A DNA stretch of 62,748 bases, filler included, from Sphacelaria rigidula (lineage: Eukaryota): assembly GCA_964200075.2 (NCBI GenBank). It is 7 parts of 7 records of this genome, joined end to end, with 100 filler letters (N's around TTAATTAATTAA, not from the genome) between each part and the next. Parts side by side here need not be neighbours in the genome. Positions count along the whole stretch, not along the records: positions 35,916 to 44,793 come from CAXNAA020009857.1; positions 44,894 to 53,771 come from CAXNAA020009858.1; 5 more parts are not named here. One strand, 5' to 3'. This document shows positions 38,901 to 51,690 of the stretch, one piece after another; the first letter of the stretch is position 1, and each line of letters begins with the position of its first letter. The notes below the pieces were generated by a model, which had not been told where the DNA came from, made no database searches, and saw nothing but the letters and a program-made list of their open reading frames with translations. The position numbers were made by a program, and so were the translations under genes.

Positions 38901-40925
38901 AACTATCCGCATTTTTTCTCGGCGCTCCCACGAGGCCCCCTCACCAGCCGGGGGGGGGCGTTGGAGCTCGCGGCTTCGCCGCTCGCCGCCCATGTTTTGC
39001 CGAATAGCTGGGAAAACATCGATGAATTGGCCGCTTCGCGGCCAGTATAATCTCAACTGGCCAGAGCTGCCAGTTCACAGCCTTACTTTTTGTCGATAAG
39101 GCGTATTATCTCCACTGAACCCTCGCAAAAGTTTGTCAAGCCAGACGCCCGGACATTCAAAGGGTTGAAAGAAAACTCCTGGCCGGGGAGCGGTGCGCTG
39201 TCCTCCATCCTCGGAGTACAACAGTGTCTTGTGTCACTGACCCTATGTCACATTTTGCCCACATGAAGAGCCCAAAGATTCGTCACGGAAAATTTCATAG
39301 GAATGCCGTGTCTATTGTTATTATTATTATTATTTCCGCGCATTAGTCCGATCTCGCGAACCCGTGGTCACAGACGTAGGCTCGCCTTTCCAATACCGTC
39401 CCTGCTATTCCTTACTAGACACATTAGTCTATTATCGAGAATACCAGCGACGTCCCTCTGCAAAGCTCAGGATTGGGTGTCCCGCACGATTGTGAGCGGC
39501 CGAGACGTTGTCTGGGATGCCGCTACTCCCGACAGTCGACATCACGTACAGTCCATGCCTTGTGACTACTGGTGACCATATTGCAGCTATGCCGGTTCGT
39601 GGCGGATGGTGCAAGCCAAAACAACCGCTCAGGATAAGGCATGCAGAACCTGGATGTGCCCAGCTGTGTCTCTCCAGAGTAGAAGATGTCTCGCAGTGGA
39701 TGGTACTGTACTACTCCGCCGAGGGAACGCACATAACTGATGCGGCACACAAGTCTAGGTGTATACTAACTGTTTCAATACCCAAACCTCTTGTTGTCCG
39801 CCCGTTGGCTGGGTCGTTCGCGAGGGGTTCAGCAGTAGTTGCTTTTGGTGAAGACACAGGGTCTACGCAGAAAGAGTGATTGCCACGTATGTATCGCGCG
39901 TCGTTGTTTCACGTACACAAGGCCACGATCAGCGGGACCTCGCCGTCTAAGGACATCATTCAGATATCGAGTAGTACCGTGACATTGATCGCACCAAAAG
40001 CAGTGCGTGTATGTGTTGAACACGAACAGCTATTTCCGAACAGCTGAATGGCGTGACATGGTCGTTGGGTGGAGGAGTATGCTGGAGGCGGCGCGTGTGA
40101 ATACGGTTGGGTGGTGTTTTGATTCTTTTGTGCCCTAGTTTCGTTTTGAACATGTAGGCAAGCAAGCAATCCCAACCTTTCCACCCAACCATGCAACCTC
40201 GGTCGGTGGAAATCACATGGGGAAAATACTTGGACCTCGCGAGCGAAAATGTTCAAGCGCCCACCCGCCCTACTGACGAACATGTACGCCTACAATGGCA
40301 GTCCTCCAACACCCGATGAAACTGTCGAGGGCCGGATTTTCCGAACAACTGGCGTCGGGCGCCTAAGGGGTTCAACAAAATATATATTGGCATCATACTG
40401 GATTCTCAATTCTGATGCTGCAGTCGGATCTAGCGTCGGCAGCGAGAATACTTGTGATTTGTGCGAAAATGTCGGCCTATAACGACCAACATTACCAGCT
40501 GTAGCAGCTGGCGAACCGCAGTCGCTCCATTGGGTCCAGGCAACTTGCAATGCTCCCTCCTGAGCCAGTGCTTGAAAAGCTTCACGGGAGCTCTTCTAGG
40601 TGATGTATACGTCGTACCTGCTGTGGCTTCAAACTGGGAAGAAAATTGGTTGCAATGATCGTTTTTCGTAAGACTGCGCAAAACAAGTGGTGTCGCAACT
40701 GTACACGCTTGGGGCGGGATGACTGCGCAACTGTTTGCACGCATCGTTGGTGCTCGCTAAATAAGTTGCCAAACAAACGCGCAACGTCCACTCACGGCGT
40801 CGTGTTACTTTCGCCCCGCGTCACTCCTCTGCATGCCACCTTTGATATCAGCCACAGGACTTCAATCGACGAAACATTCATATGGTCACAGAGTGCGCGG
40901 CGACAGTATCCCAGCGTCAAGACAG

Positions 40926-41592
40926 GTCGCCCGCACGGGAGGAAGGAAGAAAGAGGCCGCGTTAAAGGCAAGGGAAGCGATTGAAGACAAGGAGAGAAAA
41001 GGAGAGCACGCGAAACAAAAGTTTCCTCGACAAGAAACGAGCATGAGTTCTTTTCACCCGCTTGGCGAAGGAGGAGCAGGAGGGAAGGGAGGAACCATGA
41101 GCAGCAGTCATCACCCCCTCGCGCCGACAGAGCTTCGTTTCCACGATGACGGAGACGCAGACGATGACTCTTGGAGTCCTCCATCTTTACCGGGAGACCC
41201 ACGCGTCCCCGAGAAAACCAGCGGTAACCGCCATGGATCATTACACGGCCGCGGCTCCCGCAGTGGCCGCGAAATGTCTCCGTTAGAGGCCCCGCTAGAT
41301 CCGTTGCTCAACGCCTTGCCCGCGGCGGGGTCGATGTCGACCTCAACGTCAGGTTCCTATGCTGATTCTAATAGTCATGCTTCATCTTTGTTGAATAGCG
41401 GGCGAGGGTACTCAGGTCAGGGACAGCAGCAGCAACAGCAGCAAGTCGGTGGTGGTGATGGGGTTAAGGAAGAGGCGAACGCTGGGTTTTTGGCGGGGCC
41501 GTCAGGTTCGGCAGGGGCTGTGCTGCCTGCTCACGGCGGGGGCACGAGAACACTGACCGCGCATGAGGCGACAAGAGACCGGCGGTATGCAG
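40926..41592 (+). CDS. Putative internal exon, Ser/Gly-rich low-complexity protein with poly-Q
   Basis: Open frame (ORF 40833-41627) with coding-like composition, a CAG| acceptor and an AG|GTACG donor. No recognisable domain. Confidence 0.45.
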
Positions 41593-41990
41593 GTACGATG
41601 CGGGCAGCCGCTGAACCTTGGAGTTGACGACGAAACCTTCGAAGTGAAAGGTCGAGATGTTGAGATCAAGTTGAATCTTCAACTTTCAAGGTGCCTTCAT
41701 TTTGAAGTGTTCACATCTGAGACAATGGAGACATTCAAGTTTAACTTTTCACTCAAGTGCGAGGTTCGAGGGAAACGTTCCACACTCTGGACAAGTCAGT
41801 AATAGACGCGGAGGAAAATCTAGTGATATATATTGCCAAACACATTAGATGGTGAAACATATATATTGATATGTATTGCAAGGGACAACTGATGTTGCAA
41901 GGGCCAATCAATAGTCTATGGCAGTACAAGAGATGAAGATCATTGGCCATCGATGGACATCGTATACTGCAACAGATTCTGGGATGTATT

Positions 41991-42220
41991 TATCGATAGC
42001 CATTGCCATCATCAATACATTTGGTGAGCCATGTATCTATGGCAATTGTCGTCATCAATACATTTGGTGAGCCGCCTTTGGTAGCCTTTGCCGTCACCAA
42101 TAGATTTGGTGAACCATCTATCGATAGCCTCTGCCGCCAACAATGGTTTTTGGGGTATCCATCAGTAGTCATTGCCGTTAACAGTCGATTGTTGTACGGA
42201 GCATCTATCGATAGCCAGTG
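41991..42220. repeat. Minisatellite, ~42-43-bp unit (TATCGATAGCCATTGCCATCATCAATACATTTGGTGAGCC..)
   Basis: About 5 diverged units; related units occur at 44635-44712. Confidence 0.75.
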
Positions 42221-42404
42221 ACGCGAACGATGGGTTTTGATAAATGTATCGCTCACTGCAATGGTCCTACGGTATCAGCGGCAATACCCCTCACACACGA
42301 ACACGCAGCTAATATACCTGAGGCGATAGCTGGCCATAGCTTTTGTGGAATAAGGTGGAAACATCCACCGAATAGTGTGCATGCATGTCTAGTGATCGAC
42401 GCCA

Positions 42405-42595
42405 TTCAGATTCTATTGTGAACAGCGATCAATATTGGTGGCCGCGATTCAGATTCTGATGTGACCAGCAATTGACATTGGTTGACGCAGTTTAGATCCT
42501 ATTGTGGCCGACAGTATGTATTGGTGGCCGCGTTGCAGATCCTGTTGTGATTAGCAGTAGATATTGGTGGCCGTAAATCAGAGCCTATTGCAACA
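42405..42595. repeat. Minisatellite, ~43-bp unit (TTCAGATTCTATTGTGA..ATATTGGTGGCCGCGA)
   Basis: About 4.5 units. Confidence 0.8.
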
Positions 42596-44793
42596 AGTAA
42601 CATATGCGAGCTGGTTCACGCTCATCACCCAAAATTGTGTCATCAGCAAACGCCTTTCGTAATACTCACTCAATATTCGCATACATGATATCACACTGAC
42701 CACCATAAACAGCTGAAGAGCGTCACGTAGCCGGATTTGTGTTGAGGTCCATACTGATAGAGCTAAGGGCGAAAAGGTACTTCGACCAATCAGCGCCCTT
42801 CAAATTGTTCTGAAATTGAAGAACACGAACTCCAAGCCCAATTTTCATCGAATCCCCACGTGTTTCGAATAATGGTAAACTTCATCAGCTCGGACATCTA
42901 ACGGGGAAAACAGATTTGAAGACGGTTACAACGAGGTCCAGTTATACTCGAAACCGTGATTTTTTGGTAATGTGGAGTCTCAGCGTCGTCTAATTTCCAC
43001 TAATGATATTAAAGAAAGACCCAGGGAGCCTCGTAACGTTTTTTCTTACATCTGGATGGAGTAGAAAAACTTCGACCCTCCTCACACTTGGCAGTTCCAT
43101 ATCTATTGATTCTCCAAATGGAGAAGAAACCTTGACAAGATTCCAAAGTTTCTCTGTTCTCTACCGGCGTCCGGGGGTCCCAGTATAAAGACCCCCGGAA
43201 GGCTGTACAGAATGCCTGAAAAAAAAAGAGGATAAAACGATGCGTCCCGGAATAGTCCAAGGAACATATTTTCATGGTTTGGTCGAGAAACTCGAAAACA
43301 TCATGTAGTTTTTCTTGCCTTGACGAGAAATCCACCAAAGAAGATGTTTTCATACTAAAATCAAGTAGTTGGGAGTTGCACGTTTCGAGCCCACGTCCTC
43401 GCACGAACGCGCAAACCTTCACGCAGTTATTAGGAGTTGGACTCTGAAACTTTGCACAAATGCGCTATGGATCATTACGCGAGTTTCAATGAACGAGAGT
43501 GTTCTACCCTTCGACATTTTCACCGTTTTTCGGGGGTTCGACGGGGTCCAAGTCGTTCTTCGAAGTAGTCTCCATTCCGGGACCCCGGAAAACCGGCACT
43601 TCGATCTTGTTTTCAACTCTCGCGAGCGATTTGTCGCCGCATAACCCAAGGAAGCTCCCCACAAACGTTCGTGGCGAAAATCGATTAACTGATGCTTGAA
43701 TTTTTCTGTTCACGTCAAAGAAGGCCCACAAACGCCATTTTCGTACCAAAAGCAAGTAGTTTGCGGTTTCACCGTGGCACGGCAAAGTTGATCGCACAAA
43801 GTCGGAAAACCTCACGCCATGTTAGGGAGTTAGACCCTGAAACTTTGCACAACCGTACTATGGATCATTACGCAATTTTTGGATGAACGAGTTTTGTTTT
43901 CAACCGTTTTACGGAGGTCCGACTGGATCAAAGTTTCCCCGAAAAAAATGGGACCCCCGAAAAACGGTGACAAAAGTTCAGAGTAACAGGACCTCGACCT
44001 TTGAAAGTTGCGGAAGATGTGTGCAACATTCCAGGGTCCATCTCCTCACAACGGCGTGAGGTGTTGCCGATGAGTGTTTTTTGGGTAATGAGAATGAACC
44101 AGCTCGTATCGATAGACAACTTTGCCACTCCATTGCCACGGGCAATGGTACATTCTGTCCCTTGTCCGGAACGTATTGTAGCCTACAATAGCTATCGATA
44201 GACAACGATCGCAGTTGACTATGCCTGGAAATGAACATTGTCAGTCAATTTTCGGGGCTATTGCAGCAGCAATGGTATATTACATAGTCTAATGTCCACG
44301 GTATAAGCACACCCCACTCACGCACAAGAGTACTTTGAGCGCTCATGCCCATCAGGGGAACAACCCTGAGTACCAACACCACACCGACAACAAAACTCGT
44401 AAACTTTTGTCCACACATATCGCGGATTCCCACAGCATACAGCCGTTCCAAAATTTCAGAATCGAGGCGTTATATTTTCACATGTGGTACCATCATACCC
44501 GCACTGCATGTTCACCTGCGGCTAACTTCAACGGAGTATAATATGCTCTATACATCGTATGTTGCAGTGTAGGTGTGGCAATAGACGACGGAGAACACGT
44601 ACCCGTAGGCATTTTGTATCACAGTAGATTATGGTATGCATCTATCGGTAGTTATTTCCATCATCAAAAAATTTGGCACACAGTCTATCGATAGTCGTTA
44701 CCATCATGATAAGATTCACGGTTAGGATGAATTATCACGGGTTCGAATCACCAAATCCACGATTTCTTCGGCCTGATTGCCCAAAAGGGAGAA

Positions 44794-44893
44794 NNNNNNN
44801 NNNNNNNNNNNNNNNNNNNNNNNNNNNNNNNNNNNNNTTAATTAATTAANNNNNNNNNNNNNNNNNNNNNNNNNNNNNNNNNNNNNNNNNNNN
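44794..44893. other. Artificial contig linker
   Basis: N/TTAATTAATTAA/N, 100 bp. Confidence 0.98.
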
Positions 44894-45913
44894 CCATTGC
44901 CCTATATATATATATATATTACGTCGGCAATATGTCGCGAAATTCCAAAATAATCGACCAATTTATATCGAAAACAGATTGTACTGTCCAGGGTGTGCAG
45001 TTCGTAAGGTTATAGCATTCTCCTGTTGTTGCTGGAACTTCAACCCGCTCCAACTTCCTATTTTTTTTCCTTCATTTGCACCCTCGATAGGGTTGCGCCG
45101 GTTGATGAAAATGTCGTGTCAACATTTCAGCGCCGAACTCTTCGAATTACTAATGGTATGTCCGCCCCGTTCAAAAATCACTGTAAGTTGGCCCAGCTCG
45201 ACGGAAAGGAGAAAGGTGGTTGACTAGATCATTTCATGTCTACATCCAAGTTAGATCCTGGTAGTACAAAGGAAAAAGTGGCCGGATACGGTATTTCATA
45301 CGTATTTTCGAGGAGTATTCTGATAGCGTAAAGACAAGTAGTGGGTCGTTTCGTTATCTCATGCCCATGTTCGAACTGTGTTCTGGTAACTCTAAAAAAG
45401 GTGTTTAGCTCCGTTCTTTCATCTCCATGTCAGGTCTCTACTCTGATGGTGTGAAAATACGCACGTGGTAAGCTTCCTTATTTCATGTTCATGTCCGAGT
45501 TGTGTCCTGATAATGCAAAGAAAATACTAGGAAAGGGGAGGGGCGAAAATGAAATGAAGGGCAAAACAAGAAGGGCAAAGGGAAAAGAAAGAGGAGAAAA
45601 CTATACAAAGAACAGATTGAGCTTTGTTCATCTCGATCTATATTCGGTTTGTACTTTGGTGGAACAAAATTGGTTTTTTGAGGTGATGTCATGTCTAGCG
45701 TATCTGTGGGTGTGGGGAATCCTTGCCTCGTGTCGGTCTCTTGAGTATGGACGGTTACAGCATGTATACTTCATGTGTGGGTTATGATGGTTCGTTTTAC
45801 AGCGTCGTTGCCACTCGACGCCAACCCAGGAGTCTGGAGTGAGGGAGGAGAGCGTGAGTGCTACCAAGCGGAGGGAACAAACTCTCTCGTAATGACGGAA
45901 CTTGAGAAAGAGC

Positions 45914-46510
45914 TACGAGCTGGGCCAGCTGACTGATTCTTGAATACTTCCGGTCCCCGCTGTGGGTGGGTAATTTGAAAAGTTGGGCGCTGAAATTTTG
46001 ACACGACATTGTTTCCATCAATACGCACAATATTACACGGAATTCCACGAAAAAAAAACAAGAAAAACGAAAAGTTAGAGCGATTTGAAGTTTCTGCGAA
46101 GACTTGAGAAATGCCACCACTCCGTGTAAATTGAGAAATACACCAGCATATCTCCTGTGGTTGTGCGTACTTGTGTGCAGGAGATTGTGGTGTGATTTCG
46201 GCCAAGAATCCCTGAAATTCGGCCCAGGCGGGCACGTTTTGTGTGTTACCGCTGCACCCCTTTGATCCACGTGATACAGGAGACTCCACTTATGGACGTC
46301 ACGACTTCGAATCCGACATTTGTTCTTATTCCGTCAGTGAGGTCAAACACTATGCCGTACATTTGTCTTTTTTATTCTTCCTCATTCAGCGGCGGTGCCG
46401 TGGGTTACCAGGTTGTTCTGCAGTTCACAGCCATATGCCGAAGTCGTCCTAATTTGGTAATCTTGATATGTTGTGGTATGCTATGCAAATGCGGGATTTA
46501 CTGCTGGCCC
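45914..46510 (-). mobile_element. TA-flanked mariner-like repeat, MITE-free paralog of 20370-21912
   Basis: Starts TA|CGAGCTGGGCCAGCTGAC. Its reverse complement aligns with both flanks of the double-MITE insertion. Confidence 0.65.
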
Positions 46511-47830
46511 CGTTGGTATAGATACAATAAAGGGCAGTGGCCTAAAAAAGGTATACCTTCTAGTTTTTTTGCCAAAGAAAGGTACGAAAAATGGCTGGAA
46601 ACGCGAACACAGCCAAACGCGCCATTTTGACCGTTTTCGCTCCGAATGTTTCATGCACATCATTGAGGAGGGGGGGGCATTAGCACCCGGACCTCGAAAA
46701 TAACCCGGAAAAACACGTGTTACTCTCGAGATATGGACACGCGAAAACGGACGTCTCGCCTCCAGAAATCGCTTACTTTTTGTAGGCCAAATTTCGCTCA
46801 AGTTATACCTGATCTAGGAATTCTTCTTCAATCGTACCTCACCCGGGCCACCGATCGGCTGAGAACGTACCTTTGCCAGGCCATCGCTCTCTACAGTTCA
46901 CCTGATGCGGCACATCGCGCGCAAGGGGGTCTACGCGTCAACTCCAACCCTGGCGCCCACACATTCGGCTCTTTTCCCGATCATTTGCCCTTCACGGACG
47001 CCACAACGACCACGCCCCTTTCTCTCCGGGAATGGTTTCCGGGTCTCTCCGCATCGACACAATAACTGGACGCACAACTCACAGCGCGTCGGTCTTTTGT
47101 CATCCGGTGGGTTGTGAAAGACGGTTGTACTGTTGCGATCTCGGGGTACCAGGGTCAAGCTAAGCTCTTCCGCCACCAACGGGCGGTTGTCGCATCATCG
47201 ATGGTTGGTTTAAGCAACGGATACAGTACTGGTCGTCACGCATATAGAGCTACGGACAGAGCAGTAATAGCGTTCAGCACTACAGTACAGAGCAACGTGC
47301 ACACAACGAAAACACTCGTGGAACGAGGCTAGTTAACGCTATCTTATTTGACCGCGAGGGTAGATCACCTTCTGAATCGCCATCAATTTCACTGGCGCAA
47401 GTATGCGTGATCCATGTGGACCACCCGCATCGCGGTTCGAGTGTTAACCGGCGTTGAGCTACAAATGTTCATGGTTGACACCACTTTCCGAGCACCGCTA
47501 CCCCTAACCCTACAAGTCGTAACCCCAACCCAACACATACGGAGAACCCAAGATATTACGGATTCCCGGAAAACCGACAAAGAATGTTGTGCATCTAAAG
47601 ATGAGCGACGCGTGTGTGGACCTCGTACCCCCCCCTCGCGCTTCGGTAGTAGGATTCTCTTCTTCATTATTGTGGAGAGGAAAAAATATTACACGTCACT
47701 GTCTTCGTGACGAGACGCAATACAGGGTCAATCCTGCTTCATTTACAAAAATCCACGGGTTCCCGTTGTCATGTTCGCATTCTCTCCACGTCCGACAGAA
47801 TAAATCAAAACTATTGATATACCAACCTTG

Positions 47831-48294
47831 AGCTGCTTACCATGTATAAAAAAAAAAGCCGAAAAGTCCATTTTTGTACCTTCTCCGTGGTTTTCCCCCC
47901 CGAAAAGAGGGCTGGGCGGATGTTGACACCTTGAAATGATTTGCTCTACTCGCTGAGGCCGTTCCAGAGCACCTTTGCGTTTTCCGTAGGTCACGGTTTC
48001 ATTTTTGATGAAACTTGCATTTTCAATAACAAACGGTCAATCGACGAAAAACATGTCAGTTTCCCCCCCTGATTTTTGATAACTTGACCGTGTATTATTG
48101 GAAATGCAAGTTTGGCCAAAAAAAACCGTGACCTACGGGAAACGCGAAGGTGCTACGGAACGATCTCAGCGAGTACAGCAAGTCATTTCAAGGTGTCAAC
48201 ATCCGCCTAGCCCTCTTTTCGGGAGAAAACGACGGAGAAGGGCCAAAACTGGATTTTTCAGCATTTTTCATTTTTCGATAAATAGAAAGTAGCT
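47831..48294. mobile_element. Palindromic MITE family A copy
   Basis: Both arms carry the family core (GACACCTTGGAATGACTTGCTCTACTCG-like) in inverted orientation. Ends are AGCT(G/A)CTT; the TSD is not preserved. Confidence 0.8.
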
Positions 48295-48333
48295 ACCATG
48301 TATAGCTACTTTCTGTGTATCCAAAAATGAAAA

Positions 48334-48800
48334 GGCTACTCATCATGTATTAAAAAAAAAACCCTGAAAAGTCCATTTTTGACCCTTCTCCATCGTTTTT
48401 CGCCCGGAAAGAGGGCCAGACGAATGTTGACACCTTGGAAGGAATTGCTGTGCTCGTTGAGACCGTTCCAGAGCGCTTTTGCGTTTCCAGCAAGTCGCAG
48501 TTTTGTTGTTGACCAAGCTTGCATTTTGAATAACAAACGGTCAACTCATCAGAAAAATGGCAGCTTTCAACCTGCTTTTTGATCAGTTGACCATTTGTTA
48601 TTTCGAATGCAAGTTTGGTCAAAAACAAAAGTGCGACTTGCGGGAAACGCAAAGGTGCTCTTGAACGGTCTCAACGAGCACCGCAATTCATTCCAAGGTA
48701 TCAACATCCGCCTGGCCCTCTTTTTGGGCGAAAAACGATGGAGAAGGGTCAAAAATGCACTGTTCAACAAGATGTTTTTTTTTTTCCATAAGGAGTAGCC
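48334..48800. mobile_element. Palindromic MITE family A copy
   Basis: Ends are GGCTACTC...GAGTAGCC, with mirror ORFs 48379+ and 48770-. The TSD is not preserved. Confidence 0.82.
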
Positions 48801-48872
48801 GTGTATAAAAAATTACATTATATAAAAAGCCGTTTTCTAATTAACCCTTCGTCCGCGGATAGTACTCCTTAG

Positions 48873-50126
48873 TCCTTTCGGGATCGAAGCTCAGTAAGGC
48901 TCTGTCTTAGCACAATGGCTTTTCGATCGAAAAACGTTCGGTGGAAAACAAAAAATTTGATCTGATAGGTGATAATTTCAACCATCGTCATTTATTCTTC
49001 AGATGGTTGAAATCATGACCCATCAGATCAGGATTTCTGTTTTCCACCGCACTTTTTCGATCGAAAACTCATGTGCTAAGTAAGACAGGCCCTAACAAGG
49101 GGTCCACCATGTATGAGTGAAATGATAACGAATAAGTCTGGGAGCGACCTGCCCAATCAGGGCGAGGTGAAATTTATCGACCACATCCGAACGACCAATG
49201 GTGCGTGGCTGTCGCCGGGACTGATGTCACTGCCAAGTTGGTGTGTGTACCCTGTTCCTGGCCCACAAAAAATCCTTCGAAGCAAAAGAAAAACTCAAGT
49301 TATCGGGGCTCGGTTTTCCGATTTTTAATCGTTTACTTGCATTTTATATTTAGGTCCGACCTGCACTCCCTCCGTTTTTGGGGTTACCATCCTGTAGTAA
49401 AACCTAGTTGACTACACTGACACATAGTGCTCGGGGGAAATTCGGGAATTCACGTACCCTACTAAATATGTGGTCATGTTCACAAGGCGACTGAATCCAG
49501 CAACGTTGTGGGACGAGAGACGGAGCTAGAGGCAAGAGTTCTGCGTATCCCTCTGTCGAAGCGGTACAAGCGGTGGTAAGGTCGTACGTAATCGGCGATA
49601 AGCAACAAGCTGTGTATAGGTAGCTAATCTCTGTCGCGGAGAACTGCCCAGAACATGTGAGGGAGTATGCAGGGGCAGCTGCTGCTGCATTCGAAGAGGC
49701 GTACTGTACTGTATCTGCGGCGCAACACCCACGCCGTTCGAAGAGAATTTGCCGCTTGCAACAAAGAGGGCAATCGCGACCCACTCCGACCACAAAGGGC
49801 TGTGTAGCAAGGTGATGGGGACAACATCCAAGGCCACAAGTGGCGGGCGGCGGTCGCCACATCCTGTTGAAAGCTCTCCACGGCGACTCATACTGCTTGA
49901 TACATCTGTAAATTACCTGATGCGTACAACACCCGAATTATAGTACTGTCATACCTGCACCTGAGAATAGATTGGATAGAACTTTCGGTCTTCTTCTCCA
50001 ATCATGCGTTCACATACATACATAAGTGGATTATTACCAACATGAATCCACTGTTCCATGCAGATGCAGAACACGTCATTCCGAACCAGCCTCACTGATC
50101 GTTTTGGAGGCCCAGTCCCAGAAGGG
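48873..50126 (-). mobile_element. piggyBac-like non-autonomous element, copy 1
   Basis: Ends are TCCTTTCGGGA...TCCCAGAAGGG. It is an inverted homolog of 50502-51435 along its length. Confidence 0.6.
48898..49092. mobile_element. 195-bp palindromic Tourist-like MITE
   Basis: TIRs are GGCTCTGTCTTA and GGGCCTGTCTTA. TAA is duplicated at 48895-48897 and 49093-49095. The element is fully self-complementary. Confidence 0.88.
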
Positions 50127-50219
50127 TTGCATCATGCGGCCGTTATCAAAAATCAGAAAATCAGAAAATCAGTTATCGTCATCTTCTATAAGACGTAAGG
50201 GGAAAGCTTCATACATCGG

Positions 50220-51690
50220 ACGAGCACGAGTGTGACTGGTGGCACGCGCACTCGTTTGGCTGCTCGTTGACCGTAAGAAGTAATAGAGCGAGCACTGCAG
50301 TCATTGCTCGTTGTGGAAAAAAATAATAGGGCGAGCACTCCAGTCATTGCTCGTTGTGGAAACAAACTAATAGGGAGAGCACTCGAGTCATCGCTCGTTG
50401 TGGGAAAAAACTAATAGGGCGAGCACTCGAGTCATCGCTCGTTGTGGGAAAAAACTAATAGGGCGAGCACTCGAGTCATTGCTTGATGTTGAAAAAATCA
50501 ACCCATTCGGGACCGGGCCCCCAGAACGACCACTGATGCTGGTTAGGAATGACGTGTGTGACGCCTGCACGAAACCGTGGCATGTTGCTGAAAATCTGCG
50601 TATGTAACTACAGGGATATGAGAAAGGCCGAAAGTTTCATCCAATCTATTTTCAGGTGCTGGGTGCGCATTAGGTAATGTACATCTGATGTAGCAAGCAG
50701 TATGGGTCGCAGTAGGGAGATTTGAACAGGATGCGGCGACCGGCGGGCCGCCCGCCACTTGTGTCCTTGGATGATAATAATGTCAATAATGTCCCCATCA
50801 CCTTGCCACACAGCCCCTTGTGGTCAGGGTGGGCGCTATTTCCCTCTTTGTTGCATGCAACAAATTCTCTTCAAAGGATATTGGCGTTGCGGCGCGCATA
50901 AAGTACAGTACAATACAGTACAGTACAGTACAGTAAATACATGTTCACATGTCCTGCACGTCATCGGCAGAGGGATGAGCAGATCTCATGACGGTAGCTC
51001 CTTTTGTCTTCCCACGGCCCACCTGGGTTTAGTGCCTCGTGAAAATGACCACATTGTGGCAAGTACACCTTCCCGGTTTTCCCACTCCACCCTGTGTTGG
51101 TGTAATTACTACGTTTTAGTATAGACTGGCGACCCAGAAAAACTCCTGGGAAACTCCGGGAACGCTATACTGAGTGCAAGTAATACGATAAGCCATGCTT
51201 CGAGCACGCTGGCTTGAGAAACCTGGAAAGGCTTATCTAGGCCAGGGATACGGCCCCCACACTATCGTTGCAGTGACGTCACACTCGGCAACAGTCCCCG
51301 CGCTGGTCGTTCGGGTCTGATCGATGAATTTCGCGTTGCCGTGATTGGGCAGGTCGCTCCCTGACTTATGCTTAACGATTTCACGAAGACATGGTAAACC
51401 TCGTGTTAGTGAGGGGTCGGTCTCATGCAAATGGTTCAATAGGGTGAAAACTCGAGTCATTGCTCGTTGTGGAAACAAACTAAGAAGGCGAGCACTCGAG
51501 TCATTGCTCGTGGCGGAAAAAAATTAATAGGGCGAGCACTCGAGTCATCGCTCGTTGTAAAAACAAGCAGTGACTCGAGCACATGAGTCATTGCTCGTTG
51601 TAAAAAAAAGTAGTGATTCGAGCACACGAGTCATGCTCGTCGTGTTTCCAAAAAACATCCACGAGTGCACTCGTTTCGACGAGTAATGAC
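50220..51690. repeat. 44-bp tandem array (GAGCACTCGAGTCATTGCTCGTTGTGGAAAAAAACTAATAGGGC) split by an insertion
   Basis: Units occur at 50220-50497 and 51440-51690 in the same orientation and register. Confidence 0.85.
50502..51435 (+). mobile_element. piggyBac-like non-autonomous element, copy 2, 934 bp
   Basis: Starts CCCATTCGGGACC and ends AAATGGT. TCAA is duplicated at 50498-50501 and 51436-51439. Confidence 0.7.

Noticed and set aside
45040-46510. Single element bounded by inverted repeats at 45200 and 45914
   Set aside because: The termini face inwards, so these are the outer ends of two separate copies rather than the TIRs of one element.
50220-51690. CRISPR-like array with palindromic repeats
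   Set aside because: The 44-bp units are contiguous with no unique spacers, there are no cas genes and the context is eukaryotic; it is a minisatellite.
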